From Tubulanus polymorphus (taxonomy: Eukaryota; Animalia; Nemertea): a stretch of DNA of 64,000 nt. The DNA lies in NCBI RefSeq assembly GCF_964204645.1, contig NC_134029.1, forward strand, positions 7,466,850 to 7,530,849. Reading direction: 5' to 3'. Below, in pieces: positions 1-12,560 of the stretch; position 1 is the stretch's first letter, and each line of letters opens with the position of its first letter. The translations under genes were made by a program, and so were the position numbers. The notes beneath the pieces are model-generated. The model had not been told where the DNA came from and did no database searches. It saw only the letters and a list, made by a program, of their open reading frames with translations.

Positions 1-1827
1 GAAAAAAAAATCGAAATTGCGAAGTAAGTTTTCTTCGGTATTCAAACGGCAAAATTCTTTTCGTTTCGTATTCGTCCCGATAGACCACCAACATATTACA
101 TCGATTCTGATTGATAAACGCGATGGACGAGAAATGCTAGCAAAATCTGGGTTTAAATACGATTCGGTCGTTGGTATTATTCCGGCGGAATAAATTGTCG
201 ATGGAACAATTTGCGGCCATCCATAAAACCTGCAGTCGCAGAAAAGCGACGACGGCGTCACAAAAGGCAAACGTCGGCGATTTGTAAGGCGCGGATTAAA
301 ACATCAACCGGTGATTATTCGTCGCTAATCCTAGCGATATTGTGCCGTAATGCCGGGATAATTCGTCGCTGAAATTTAATTAAATCCGCAAAACGTGAAT
401 GCCAAGCAGAGATCAGACAAACAAAAGACGCGACATCGACGCGAAATCAAGCCGCATATAGCAGTAGTACAGTCGACAATGAAACCAGACTGGGTCTGGC
501 GTCATGGCTCCGTCAACGGGGATCAAGATTATCCTGGTCGCTCAGGACATTCAAATATATACGAATATTCTCTCAAGATTGCCCTCGAAGTCATCTTCGA
601 AATTAAATGATCTAATTTCTAATTCTTGTTCATGTAACAGAGGTCTGAGCTCCTGGGTCTAAACTGTTTCGTTGGAAAGGGTATCATTTCTCAAATAATC
701 TTTTACATTAGACTTGCATGTTTCAATACATGAAAATGAATACACACCATTAAAAGATAGATAGATATTCCAACGCCTGTAAAGGAAAGAATTTAGAGAA
801 TTGAGAAAGAAAGACGCGCTGAGTTTGCGTCCTTTGATCGCATCCTCCACCGGAAAGTCGTGGCTTCATTCATGACAACGTTCTTCAAACCATAATATTT
901 AAAAAGAAACTGAATGAACCGCATTCATTTTCCCCAAAGCTGTTGCGTTATGTAATATCGTTTAACTTGCATATCGCACATGCATTCGAAAACGTTATTC
1001 TGAATAAATCAATTTAAAGTGCGAATCAACAGCTTTTGTTGAATGATTACTGCAGTTACTGTTCTATAATTTGTCAGTTGTGCATGCGTGACACCGTGTC
1101 GGCGGTTCGGTTGTCAAAGCAAGCAAATTTCAAAACGTGAAGCTTATTTCATTAAGTGCTGAACACGAAACGCATTCGGAGACTATTTGTTCCGGCAACC
1201 GCTGTGAAAATTATAACTTATATAAGCCGCCACGACCGTATGAATAGGAATTAGCAAATTATAATCTCGACATAGCGATGATATTTACCGAGAAGACGCG
1301 TGCACCTGTTGTCGAGAGTAAGTCGCGTGCAACCGGGCGAGTTCTTTCCATGGTAACGCTGAGAACAAGCGCATCTGCCCGGGGACCACGATAATTGCAC
1401 TTCCGTGGTAACGTTTCATTGCGTCGACATATTTCGAACCAACTATTGATTCGCGTGTTGCCAAAATGTAAACATTGCGGACTGGAAACGTTTGTTGTTT
1501 TATGTTAGTAAGGAATGAAATTAGTTTCTGAACACAGGAGCCGACTTGTTGCGTCTCGAATGATGTGCGTGATTGGCTCGTCACGCCAGATGACGCGGTA
1601 ATGTTAGTCACATGATCGACGCTCGACGACGTGACTGGGCGCAGACGAGATCGTGGTGGTCACAGGTGCACGTGATTGATGCATATTGATGAATCGATTC
1701 GAGGACAGTCGATAAATTAATACATTTAATGAAGTTGAATTCGAAACTAATAAAATCAAATGATAATTTTTCATTTGCACGCTGAGGCTGGAACGTTTGC
1801 GATTGGAAACAAAAACAAAGACATATA

Positions 1828-2017
1828 AGATAAAAACCCACTATCTACAGATTAAAAGAATTTCAAAACAAGAATTTATTTATTCGATCTAAAATATATA
1901 GAATACACGACGTTTCGATCTCACCCTAGAGATCATCGTCAGGTGTCATCCTTTAATTTGTAGATAGTGGGTTTTTATCTTATTATCGGTTCACCACGTT
2001 TGAGTGTGGTTATCGTT
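1828..2017 (-). mobile_element. Short Penelope-like/retrozyme-like insertion with inverted arms, 12-bp TSD and a hammerhead ribozyme
   Basis: Direct repeat CAAAGACATATA at 1816-1827 and 2018-2029. Inverted arms AGATAAAAACCCACTATCTACAGATTAAA (1828-1856) and TTTAATTTGTAGATAGTGGGTTTTTATCT (1952-1980) enclose a hammerhead motif. Confidence 0.7.
1901..1951 (-). ncRNA. Minimal type I hammerhead ribozyme (Penelope-type)
   Basis: Minus strand reads ACAC-CUGACGA-U-GAUCUC-uagggu-GAGAUC-GAA-ACGU-C-GUGU. Stem I is ACAC/GUGU, core boxes CUGANGA and GAAA are present, stem II is 6 bp, a palindromic ACGU replaces stem III, and the cleavage triplet is GUC. Confidence 0.8.
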
Positions 2018-3584
2018 CAAAGACATATAGCTGTCAATATTCGTCGGAAAAATTGAAACACGACCAATGTAAATTATTCAGTATAAATCACAGAAAATGT
2101 TCCTTATTTTCAATGTATGTAATCGCTCGTTAAATCGGTAGTAAGGCTACCGTTTATAGCCATTCATAAACTTGAAATCAGTGGTTGGAATCGAATTAAC
2201 CAAGATCAAGATTAACCATGTCGAGATCACTTAGAAAAAATAACAGAAGATGAAGAACGCGTGCCAGTATTCGTCCCCGGATGGGTAACGGTAATGAACA
2301 TCGCGTCCCCTTTGAGCTGCAGTGTTGCGGATGATTTCGTTCGCCGTAGCTTTTTATGTCTGGTCGCATGTAGGTTCGGTTCACACTCGGCTGGCACTTG
2401 TAATCAGTCCCGTATTGTCTTGTATGATTAGTTCATATCCTGTTAAAGTCTCCGAGGATGAAAAACACTTTCAGCTTTACTGCCCAATGTGTAAAGCTGC
2501 CAATTACAGCGGAGCTTTGACGTGATGGAGTAGGTTCTCAGGTCACCACAGAATGTTTGTGGAATTACACGCCCGCCTGCACAAATACCAGTAACAACCT
2601 AACAATTAACCACGGTAAATAATCGAATAAACATGAATATTGAACTTTTGCCGCAGTAATCATACTCTGATCTAATTTCAATCCGTTCTCCGCGCCCTAT
2701 TTCCATAAGTATGACAGTCGCGAAGAAACTACCACCAGCGCCATTGCTAAATCGATTACGCACGGTACAAATCTCGAATCTTATCTCAAAACATTTTATG
2801 GAGACTTAACCAAAAAACGTGCGAATATTGCAACCGAATCATCCTGCCTTATGCCGTTGATATGAATGTGTAGACTGTAGGAACATATGTAATTAGATTT
2901 CAAAATATGTTTTTTTCAACATCACAAGCAGGATAATTAACTTCTCATAATGAATATAGTCGGAAACAACTCTTTCAAGCTTGGTGGCTTTCAAATGTAG
3001 TCATTTATGTTCAATATGATACACGAGACAAATAATGATCCATCTGTCTGGTTTACAACAACAAAACATAAGTTCATTCACACACCGCTTATCGCCGATG
3101 ATTAAGTGGTCATTGTAACGCGATCTAATCCGAACGTATCTTCTGAATTTTTTTTACGCATATTACAGTATAATCCTCACTTTGTTAAATGGAACCCTCT
3201 TCATATCAAAGTACTCGATTGTGTTTGGTAAGGTGTTGTTGAAGATGTTAAAATAACACGACGAAATCGCTGTTGCGGAAGATTTCCGGGGTGAGTTTGT
3301 GTGACGATTAGCGGGACATCTACTCAACGAAATGACGATGTTAATGAATGAAATTGATTAAGGTGTAAGCGATTCCTACGCGATTCCAACTGTTATATTA
3401 ATCAACCGTTATTACGGTTATATCGTTCAAAGAATATAATTTTTCCACTATCAATTAATTATCGAATCAATCAAAATTCTTACGCCCACTTTTTCTATTA
3501 CGAACAAAAGTTCCATTTCACACGTTGCACTTTGAAATACGAAGACTGGAGATTTTTTTTTCATTTTCAGACCCTTTCTAATTA

Positions 3585-3800
3585 CTTGGAGCACGGATAT
3601 GTTTCTAGAAAAAAATGGAAGAGTAAAGAGAAAAACATAGAAATTAAACAAATTTTCTAATGGTAGGCGTTTCAAAATGGAAGGGACCATGAAAGAAATG
3701 AAAACATAAACAATCTTTCTTTTGCTTAAGAATTGCGAGGAAAGGAGGAATACAAATTCTTTTTAATTATTTTTGCAGAATTCTGGATCCGTGCTCCAAG
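3585..3800. mobile_element. MITE with 14-bp TIRs and TA TSD (Tc1/mariner-like)
   Basis: TA|CTTGGAGCACGGAT ... ATCCGTGCTCCAAG|TA; AT-rich interior. Confidence 0.65.
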
Positions 3801-5560
3801 TAACTCGGCAAAAATGTCCTAAGATGTCAATTGGTTTATCGCCGGTATAATTACAAATTCTAAAGACAATGGATGAATCAACTAGTATTCTTGAATCCGT
3901 GATGCAAATTCTTTAAAATCTTTTCATTATTTCCACGATTTGAATGGTGATTAATTCGCTTATAATTCTGTACACACATTTGAGGGCTACATGCACCTGA
4001 AATCCTGAGCCAAGTTTAACTTTACCATTATTAAACATCGTGGTATCACAAACGACGAATAAAGCATAAATTACGAAAATTATGAAATCAATATAAGTGT
4101 TTATCACAATCCATCTCATATTGCCTGGATATGCTATTTTACTGATAATCAAATATCTGTATACTGAGATACAAATTTGACTATTAAAACTTAACTGTAA
4201 AATCCTTGTTTCATAACAAAACGACAAATTAAGGATACAACTTCGTGATTTCCCAATGTTCCAACATCAAAAAATGTCTTTAATCTAAGACTGGTTCTTT
4301 TTACCGTGTGGGACTGGACTCTGGAGACGGTTGTAAACTCGGAAACAATAAATGCCATTGCGGTGACGCACAAGTCAAAATGTTTTCCACTGTCTAGTGC
4401 AATGAAATAAATAATTACTTTCGCAAGAAACTCTTCGAGACTAGTTCTGTCCAATTAATCACGGTTCAAGATTAAGATGGGAACAGCTTCCCGTCTAAGT
4501 GCCAAACACGGCCGATAAATCGGTCCGTATCCGAAACCTAACAACCCCCCACGGACGAGCATTCGTCGGCTTTATTATTTGCCACACAATGACAACCAAC
4601 CGCTTGCCACCATAATAAAACCATCAGCGGGATGGGGCTTTTAATAAATAAGCGTTCCATCACCTTTAATACAGTCTAATTTCTGATTGAATGCCCAATA
4701 CCCGGCGGATGCCATAGAAAACGAGAAAGGTCCCCCCGAAAGAAGACGTTTATGGTTATCAATAAACACATGTCAAAGAAAATGGGGTTTAACAGTAAAT
4801 GATGGCATTAAACCGGCGTCCAGTGGGTATTACGGGCCGGTGATAAATCAGCCAGCCGAACGACCAGTTCATGTTTTATGTACGACGCGGGAAAAAAAGA
4901 GCAAAAATTTACTGATCGAATTAGCGATCGGTGTGTTACGACACCGTCAGGCAATTAAATCGATTGATGGATATTTAGATCGCACCCCTCTCTGTCGATT
5001 GCGTAAACGATGGGGATTAATTTTTCTTTTAAGTACTTTCAATTTACTAAACTTTTTGTGGATATCGACGTAATATAGATCAATTAAAACTTATCAAGTT
5101 CGTCAGAAAACTGTGTATCACTACAAATCCTCGTGCATCGGTAGCAATTTGTCCCATCTTAGTCTCTTAGAGTGTAGTCCACGTCTCTGCAATGTTCTTC
5201 ATTTAGTAAATCAATTCTAAGTCTATTATTCATCTGCAACACTTCACATTGACTATCAGACTATTGGCTATCAGACCCTGATTTTATATTTGTTTTGTCC
5301 TTCTCGAATTTTACATTTGTGATTGATTTGTACCGGCGGGGCCTCGGTTCGACAACCGTATTATTTCCTAGGTCCTGGGGCCTGTTTCATAGACTGGTAT
5401 TATCTTTAACTTTGGATTAACTTGATTCTTTTTCATATATTTTGTATGTCATTTTTAAACGGAAGTAACAACAAACTTGGGTAAGCAATCTTTTTAGTTC
5501 TGGCTGTTTGATGCAGGATCTTCGTTTTGAGCCATAAGTTTTCTTTTCTAATTCGTTTAG

Positions 5561-5666
5561 ACACTCGAGCTTTGAAAGATCCGAGACAAGTCGAAAATCT
5601 GCATGACCAAGCACAATTCATGTTTGCCGCACAGAGGAGGGGCCAACATCCGATTCAGCACACCAG
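5561..5666 (+). pseudogene. Inverted duplicate of NR2E3 exon 6 (pseudo-exon)
   Basis: 106 nt, the same length as exon 6 (6592-6697). My manual alignment gives 90/106 identity with no indels. Translates (D)TRALKDPRQVENLHDQAQFMFAAQRRGQHPIQHT(R). The acceptor ttttctaattcgtttAG is kept; the donor is lost (AG|AT). Confidence 0.9.
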
Positions 5667-5895
5667 ATTAGAGCCCATGTTTGAATCATGTTGAATGTTT
5701 GAGATATTCTGATAAATATCCGATCGGCGACCATGATCAATTCAATCAATTAAGAGTATTTAGTGCCAGTTAGACATCCGGCATTCTTAAGGAATTAAGA
5801 ACCCCATCTGACGACAAATAAACAGACAAAAAATCACATAAACATCCGTGACTGAGAAATAACAGACCCAAAATCTAGCATTTATAAAACGAACG

Positions 5896-5901
5896 TTTAT
5901 T
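5896..5901 (-). terminator. Candidate polyadenylation signal of NR2E3
   Basis: TTTATT on + (AATAAA on -), about 450 nt past the stop codon, after an AT-rich 3' UTR. Confidence 0.4.
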
Positions 5902-6348
5902 ACTTTTCAAAGTAAACATAAAGGAGTTTAATGTTACGATATATCATATTCCATTTCATTCATATATTATTTACATATATATATAACTATGATTCACATA
6001 TTTCGACAGATTTAAATGCATTAAATCCCTTCATCCTCAATTCGTAGAGATAATTTACTATAGAAATAATTTTTACATAAATCTATTTATAACATATATC
6101 ATAGCACACGGTTTTACTTTCATCTTTCATTCTCGTTAGTTTCCTTCGATTTGAGTTTCATCCACGCACCAGGGGACCGAGTGATAAAGATCAATTATCA
6201 CTCAAATCCTCAATATATCTTAATTCTTTTTATGTTTACTGGCAAGATTTTGCAATAGAGGTGATAGATATAACGATAGTCTTAACAATCCCGAGTAGTC
6301 CGTATCTTGAGTGCGATATATAATATCTTCAGGTCGGTCGCAGCGTGT

Positions 6349-9300
6349 TCAACTCTTGAACATATCGCAAAGAAGCTGCTCCATAGGCGTACTGCCGATC
6401 ATTTTGCTGAAGAACATTCCTTCGATTCTGTCGGATGTGACCAGTTTTAGCATTGGTAACATCAAAAGTAGGCGTCCAAACCTAATGAAATAAAACACAC
6501 TATGATGGGTTACTAGTAGTGACACAAATGTTCTGGTTGTTCTTACAACTTAATCATTTTTTTCGTAGTTGCCTAAAAATGATGCGCTTACCTGGTGTGC
6601 TGGTTTGGATGTTGGGCCCGCATCTGTTGGGCCAACATGATTTGTGCTTGGTCCTGTAGATTTTCGACTTGTTTCGGATCTTTCAAGCCTCGCGTGTCTA
6701 GAAAAATTAGAAAAAAAATATATATTCATGCTCAGCAGACCACGTTTGTCTCTATTAGAGAAAAAAAAACATGTTTTAACATTTTATTCGTTTCGAAGAT
6801 TTACCGCTCACCTGGCCTAAACAGAATGATGGCCTTCAAACATGCGAATTCTTCTGGTTCGACCCGCATCGACTTGAATTTAGCAACAACCTCCTGCATG
6901 GTACGGACATCATTGAGGACTAGGTTAGTTTTGCCGTTACTCGAATTCTGCGCATGCTCAGACGGCGAGAGGAGCGGTGACGTTTCTACGGACATGCACC
7001 ATTGAATGGCGCACAGTAAAAATAATTCACCCCACGTTTCTTCTAAAAGAATAACCTAAACGAAAAACGAATTCATATTCATCCGGAATAACTAATAACT
7101 ATATGTGATTCAACTAATGTATACACACACTATCAAAAAAGATTCGTACAAAAGATGGTGGGCAGGTACGAACCTGATCTCTGAACGGCAGGTTTGCGAA
7201 GGACGGTAAATTTTTAGCCCATTTTACGGCCATGAACAGAAGTCTCGCCGAACACTCGTATATATTTTCTCTATCAGTTGTGTACGTGATACTTTCTTGT
7301 TGTTGAATCGGAGGTCGTTTTGAATAATCTGTAGGATGTGGCATGTTTCCCATTTCCATGTTGTCTTTACTTTCTGAAAATATCGAGGAGATTTCGAGTT
7401 ATTTTCGACACATATCGACATAGTATGTATAGCTCGAAGAAACGTTTCGGTTTTTTTCCTTTTATATTGTGGGTTCAATATAGTCTAGTATCAAGCCGTT
7501 GTTTCCCAAACCGTGGTTTTATCGTATATATCATCATTTACCTGCTTCGACATCGCGTGGTACTCGATCGATTTCAGGCTGCGCCGGCATCACGAATCTG
7601 GGAACAAACTGAGGATGATGCGGTCCCGGTACGAAAGCAGGATGAGTAGCGGAGACTGTATACGCGGATGTGGCCAATTGAGCATCCAATCCAGATTCCA
7701 GCTGATCCTGGCGGATTTGGGCGCTGTTTCTAGGCTGTCGTTCGTTCTGCACGGCTAAAATGAGGAGAGGAAACTATAAACGTTTGGCGATAGATTCATA
7801 TAACTGCAATGGACTACTTAACTACTTAGTAACTTTTTTCAGTAACCTTAGCTTTTCAGAAGATTCCATGTCATATTACTAATACAGATTTTCGTTTCTC
7901 TGATGGTGAAATTTAGTCAAAACTTTTAAACAGTCAAAATGAATTGTTAAATCATCAAGTGTGGGTTTTTATCATTAACTCTGAAATATACTGAGATTAA
8001 TATCAGTGGCTCCTCTTCACCCAAGTCGTGCGTATATTCCATGTGAATTTCACGAAGACTGTAAAGGTTCCACCGATTCAGGGGCCAATTTTGAAGGACT
8101 TGTCACATCCGAAAACGGCACTTTGATGTCCAAGAAGGTATACTCCCGCACTGAGGGGCTAACTTTGAAGAACTTGTCATGTGCAAGAAGTCAATATCAA
8201 GCGTACTCCTTCACTGAAATTGGACCTATCATTTTTGTTGACAAAATGAAAAGGGACACAAAATTGATGGACTTTTACAAGTATCATAAGCCCCCTGGAT
8301 CCGCCCTTCTTCCTACCACGTTTAGTTTCATAAGAACTTAGGAATATCGAAATGAGCTTAGGTCGGTTCACTGTGTATACTGATCAACACCACGTGCAAT
8401 TCACACTCGATTCTCATCGCCTATCATGATCACGATCATGACGCTGTGGCGTCTTATTTGATTCAGTCATCGTCGAATCGTCTGGCGAGGAGTAAATGCA
8501 ATAAGAGGTCGTTATGATCCGCTAATAAATCAATTATATATCTATGTATGTATATATCTACGCGTGTATAATCACAGAGACGACGTCGGAATCGGAATAT
8601 CAACTACATATTATCACGCGTCATCTTCTTATCGTCTGGTCTCGTTTCGCCTCATTCCGATAATTGAAATACGATTTTACATACGCATAATTGCATCATG
8701 CTTTAACATCGCCATTAACATCGCATGTTACAGAATGTTGATATAATTGTCTGACTTGTTAGTAACCGGAAAGGGTAGATACCGTTCGCTTAGCGCTGAA
8801 ACGCCGAAGAATCCCCTTTTTATTGGTTTGTCCTTTACAACATCACCCTTGCCGGTGGAAGAGACAGAGGTTTGCACCTTTTTTAATGGTTTGTCCTTTA
8901 CAATATCAACTGTGCCGCTGGGAGAGAAAGAGGTTTGCGCAATGGGTTATAGAACTATAACTGGTTTTTTTCCGCAAAATTAGTTTTTTTTACTTTGTGA
9001 CATCGACTGGAAACCCAGTCCGCCAATATTTGTTCAAACGAAGCTGTTGCTTGAAGATGCGATACCGTAATCATAACTCACCATCTTTATTCATTCCCAT
9101 TGACATGCACTTCTTCAGTCTGCAAGCTTGGCATTGGTTCCGATGCGCCTTGTCAATGTTACAAAGACCCGTTCCCGCTTGACACCTGCAAATATACAAA
9201 ATCACATTGATTCCACAAATAAATACATTTTAACCCCAAGAGGCCGCATTCGGGATAATTAAAATGAGCTGGAATCGTAAGTCTAGATCTTATTCGTTAG

Positions 9301-10683
9301 ATCGGTTATAGAAAATGAATAAGTTTAATAGTAAACTGGTCTTAGAAGATATTTTCCAAATGAGATCAAATGATTAGTCTCATAAAAAAACGAATTCCAT
9401 GATATTTAAGACACGCGTTAAGTGACCGATTGATTCGAAGTAGTAAGCTGGCAGATGAGGCGCTGGCATGCGGGGGGAAAGATAGATGGTTGACGGGTTC
9501 TTTCGGATGTTGTGTGGACAGACGAGGGTTGATGGATGTCTCGGTCCGTTTCGAATCGTACGCGCGCTTATATGGTTTAGGATCATGGGCGACACGCGAT
9601 CGCAGGATGTCGGAATTAGGGATGAAAATTAAAGTGATCCATATCTGTCTTTATAGCAAGATGCAACTGTCATAAAACAAGGCACAACATGCAAACGCGA
9701 GACAGTTATGGCAAAGTTTATGGGATGGATTGGTCCGGGCTTGGTTCGTTTCGATCGCGTGTTCGGTCCTGATCAATCACGATGTTTCATGAGACTTGGT
9801 GTAACACCGTCGTAAACGGCAACAATTTACTTTGCGCACAGGATGAGTCTACTCCGAGACAGACAGACACGCGCGCGCGTTCTCTCGTCGCTCCAGCGCA
9901 GATGGTTTTCACCAGTAATTCGACGTAATATCTGAGCGAATGTCGTACATATATATATACTTCGCGGCGTAATATTCGTAATTGACAATCGGCCAACATT
10001 GGCCGTGTTCACGAACGGTGCGCGATCATTAGCTATAAACAACGAGTCTATTAGTTTCGTCATATTAATATGTAATCATATCCACGAATAAAAAAATTGA
10101 CAACCCAGCCTAGAGCCAATGTTGTCTAATTGGTTTGATATTAAGTATCTGCAGCTATAAGAATTCACACATGTATCTCGATAATTTAACACGACTCCGG
10201 GTTCGATTTCTCTTCTGAATCAAAATATCACACTCTTAGATTATTTCAGAAGCAGAATCTTAGTTCTGGAATCAAATTCAACTATCAATCCACCGAGTTC
10301 CGCATTAATGAGATGAATTTGCCGATAATGTGGATCTTAATATTTGTTTCCATAACACAGATGATTCTTTACACTTACCGGTAGATTAGTTTTCGTCGGA
10401 CGCTTCTTTTGAAGAACCCGCTGCAGCCGTTACAGGCCAGAATTCCGTAGTGTTTACCGCTGCTGATATCACCGCAAACGACGCAACGGAGTCCCGGCGA
10501 GTTTCGCCGAATCGGACCGGGACTGCACTGTGACTGCGCCGGGCAAGCAGGCGTCGGGGAGCCGACTGACGACACGCTTACTTCAACCGGTTGAGCGGGC
10601 ATCGGGGAACTCGACAGCGATGTCATTTCATTCGGGTCGCGATCGGACTTGTACGAATCTGAAAAATATCCAGTAGCCATCAT
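6349..10683 (-). CDS. NR2E3: Photoreceptor-specific nuclear receptor NR2E3/PNR orthologue, 7 coding exons, ~434 aa
   Basis: Exons 10683-10379, 9185-9082, 7754-7542, 7373-7174, 7055-6812, 6697-6592, 6481-6349; all GT-AG and phase-consistent. [47 protein letters not shown]...[15 protein letters not shown] with P-box [26 protein letters not shown]...[10 protein letters not shown], and C-terminus [12 protein letters not shown] matches NR2E3. Confidence 0.96.
8030..8395 (+). mobile_element. Degraded Ty3/Gypsy-like RNase H fragment in NR2E3 intron 2
   Basis: Broken translation ...[36 protein letters not shown]...[11 protein letters not shown] resembles the gypsy RNase H pattern (YASR.L...E..YS.TE.E...I.F....LGR.F.VYTDH). 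Confidence 0.45.
8817..8940. repeat. Tandem duplication, ~63-bp unit x2
   Basis: TTTTTA(T/A)TGGTTTGTCCTTTACAA..TCA...TGCCG.TGG.AGAGA.AGAGGTTTGC occurs twice in tandem. Confidence 0.8.
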
Positions 10684-12436
10684 AATTTTCGATCGTCTGC
10701 GACTGTCGTCTGCGTACGAGACCGTATCCTTCCTTGACTGAGATAATAAGATACCCGACTGGTAAAATATTTGCACACAAAGGATATCGCCTGATACCAG
10801 ACTGAATAATGAACAAAAACTGGTACACCGAATAGATACCACCAACATATCATTTTTGGCGGATTCCCTCTATCGGGAACCTCGCACGCGGCTTGTGATA
10901 ATATTATACTTTCGTGGCGTTGACAATACAATTGCAGTGTCAATTAAAGCTACTGTTTGGGACGTGTTTGATTTTGGGAATGGTCACGAATTAGACGATT
11001 CGTAATCTAGCACAGAACCGACGAATAATGCGTGTATTCAAAGTCATATAAACAAACAGTCAAGTGAGATCATACCCCGTTACATCTTCTTCAAGTTGAA
11101 AGGAAATCGTGACGGAATGACAAAAGTTAAGAACTGAACACGACACAGCAATAACAAAACCGGCACGACCGCCTGAACTGTATTATTTCTCCATTTAACA
11201 GCAAATACTAGCTATTATCATTCAAACAAATGAAGTGCCATCGAATAGGAATTCATTTCATAAAAAGGAAAACATATCGCTTATTCTCATCGCGTCTGCG
11301 ATATATTTTTATGATTGACATATGACAGTTTACTCAATTAGGTCTCCCGCCTGGAATTTATTTTTTCATTGGATGTCTCAAATCGCAGTTAACTCGACGT
11401 TGGTATGACCACCCCGGTATATTTATATATATTTCCACTTACGAGGTTAAGAAAAATCAAAGGCCCGATTAAGAGAATACTGGCTTCAATCACGGGGGCA
11501 AACAAAAAGCCGCGGCAATTATAGAAAGGAACACATTTTCACGCGGGGTGAAATTTTTTCACGAAAACCACTTCTCGGCGAGCTCGGCCGATATGTTTGT
11601 CGATGCCAGGTGCCCGGGTGATTCGGTGCCGACGAGTAACAAATCTACATTCCAGATCAAACATCAGATCGGCAACGAGTCACGTAGCCTGCCCCAACTT
11701 ACCGGCACTAAATAAACACCTATTATGGCTACAAGTTTAGTGTGATCCGACAGGAATGCGCAGTATTATTTGCGCGCGGACAATTCTAAAACGATTCTCT
11801 TTCTCAGACTCGTGGGCCGTATTGTCTATAAAGGTGAATATTATCGAAATTTGAACACGTCACAGTCGGTTGTCTTTTGGTAAAACTAAATATCACAAGC
11901 GCGAAAGTTTATTCGGTGCAATTGGAACTGATAGCTAAATAAAGGCATTAATTAGCGTCTTAAAAGTTTAAAACTTCCCGAAAAACATTTATAATAGATT
12001 TTGTGTGGAAGTTTACAACTCATGAAATTTCCAACATTTATATAAGGTCTACTTATGTTTAGCGCGTCTAAATGAAAATTGCAAAAATCGCGCTGTCATG
12101 CCAAACGAGCCTGAGAGCTTCATGATTTTTTGCAATTATCTATCATTTGTCTAAAAGTTACGAGCGTCTTTCCGGCGAAGGCAGGTGTTCATGTCCTTGA
12201 TAAAATGTCGACATTTCCGATTTGTCTAACGCAGCAAGCAACAAACACCGTAGATTGTGTCGTTAATATTAACATTCAGGAAATCAAACTCTGACACAAA
12301 CAACACGAAAACTTAATGGAGTTCCTCTGACGAGGAACAACGCGCTACGTAAATGAATTCACGTGATAGGTCGGTAGTGACTGTGAAATATCCTTACCAT
12401 TCTTCCTTAAGAGACTCAGAGTGCCTCGCCGGCTTC

Positions 12437-12560
12437 GTGTGAAGCACTGGAAATAATCTAAACACTTATCCTTTTCTCTATCATGTAAAGTTAATTGGTC
12501 GACGTGCGCGAAGCACTGAAAATAATTAAAAATGTTTTCCTTTTTTCTTTCATGCTAAAC
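12437..12560. repeat. Tandem duplication, ~70-bp unit x2
   Basis: GAAGCACTG.AAATAAT..AA...TCCTTTT...TCATG begins at ~12441 and again at ~12510. Confidence 0.7.

Noticed and set aside
395-610. ORF containing KPDWVW, superficially like the P[DE]WVSE motif
   Set aside because: Lacks the F-x-I and S-E positions, starts at GTG and has no convincing splice context.
1345-1412. Two X-box-like words (TTTCCATGGTAAC, CTTCCGTGGTAAC)
   Set aside because: No gene start can be assigned within the window, so they cannot be interpreted.
10684-10848. N-terminal extension of NR2E3 given by the ORF track
   Set aside because: Begins at a non-ATG codon; the first in-frame ATG is at 10683, so this is probably 5' UTR.
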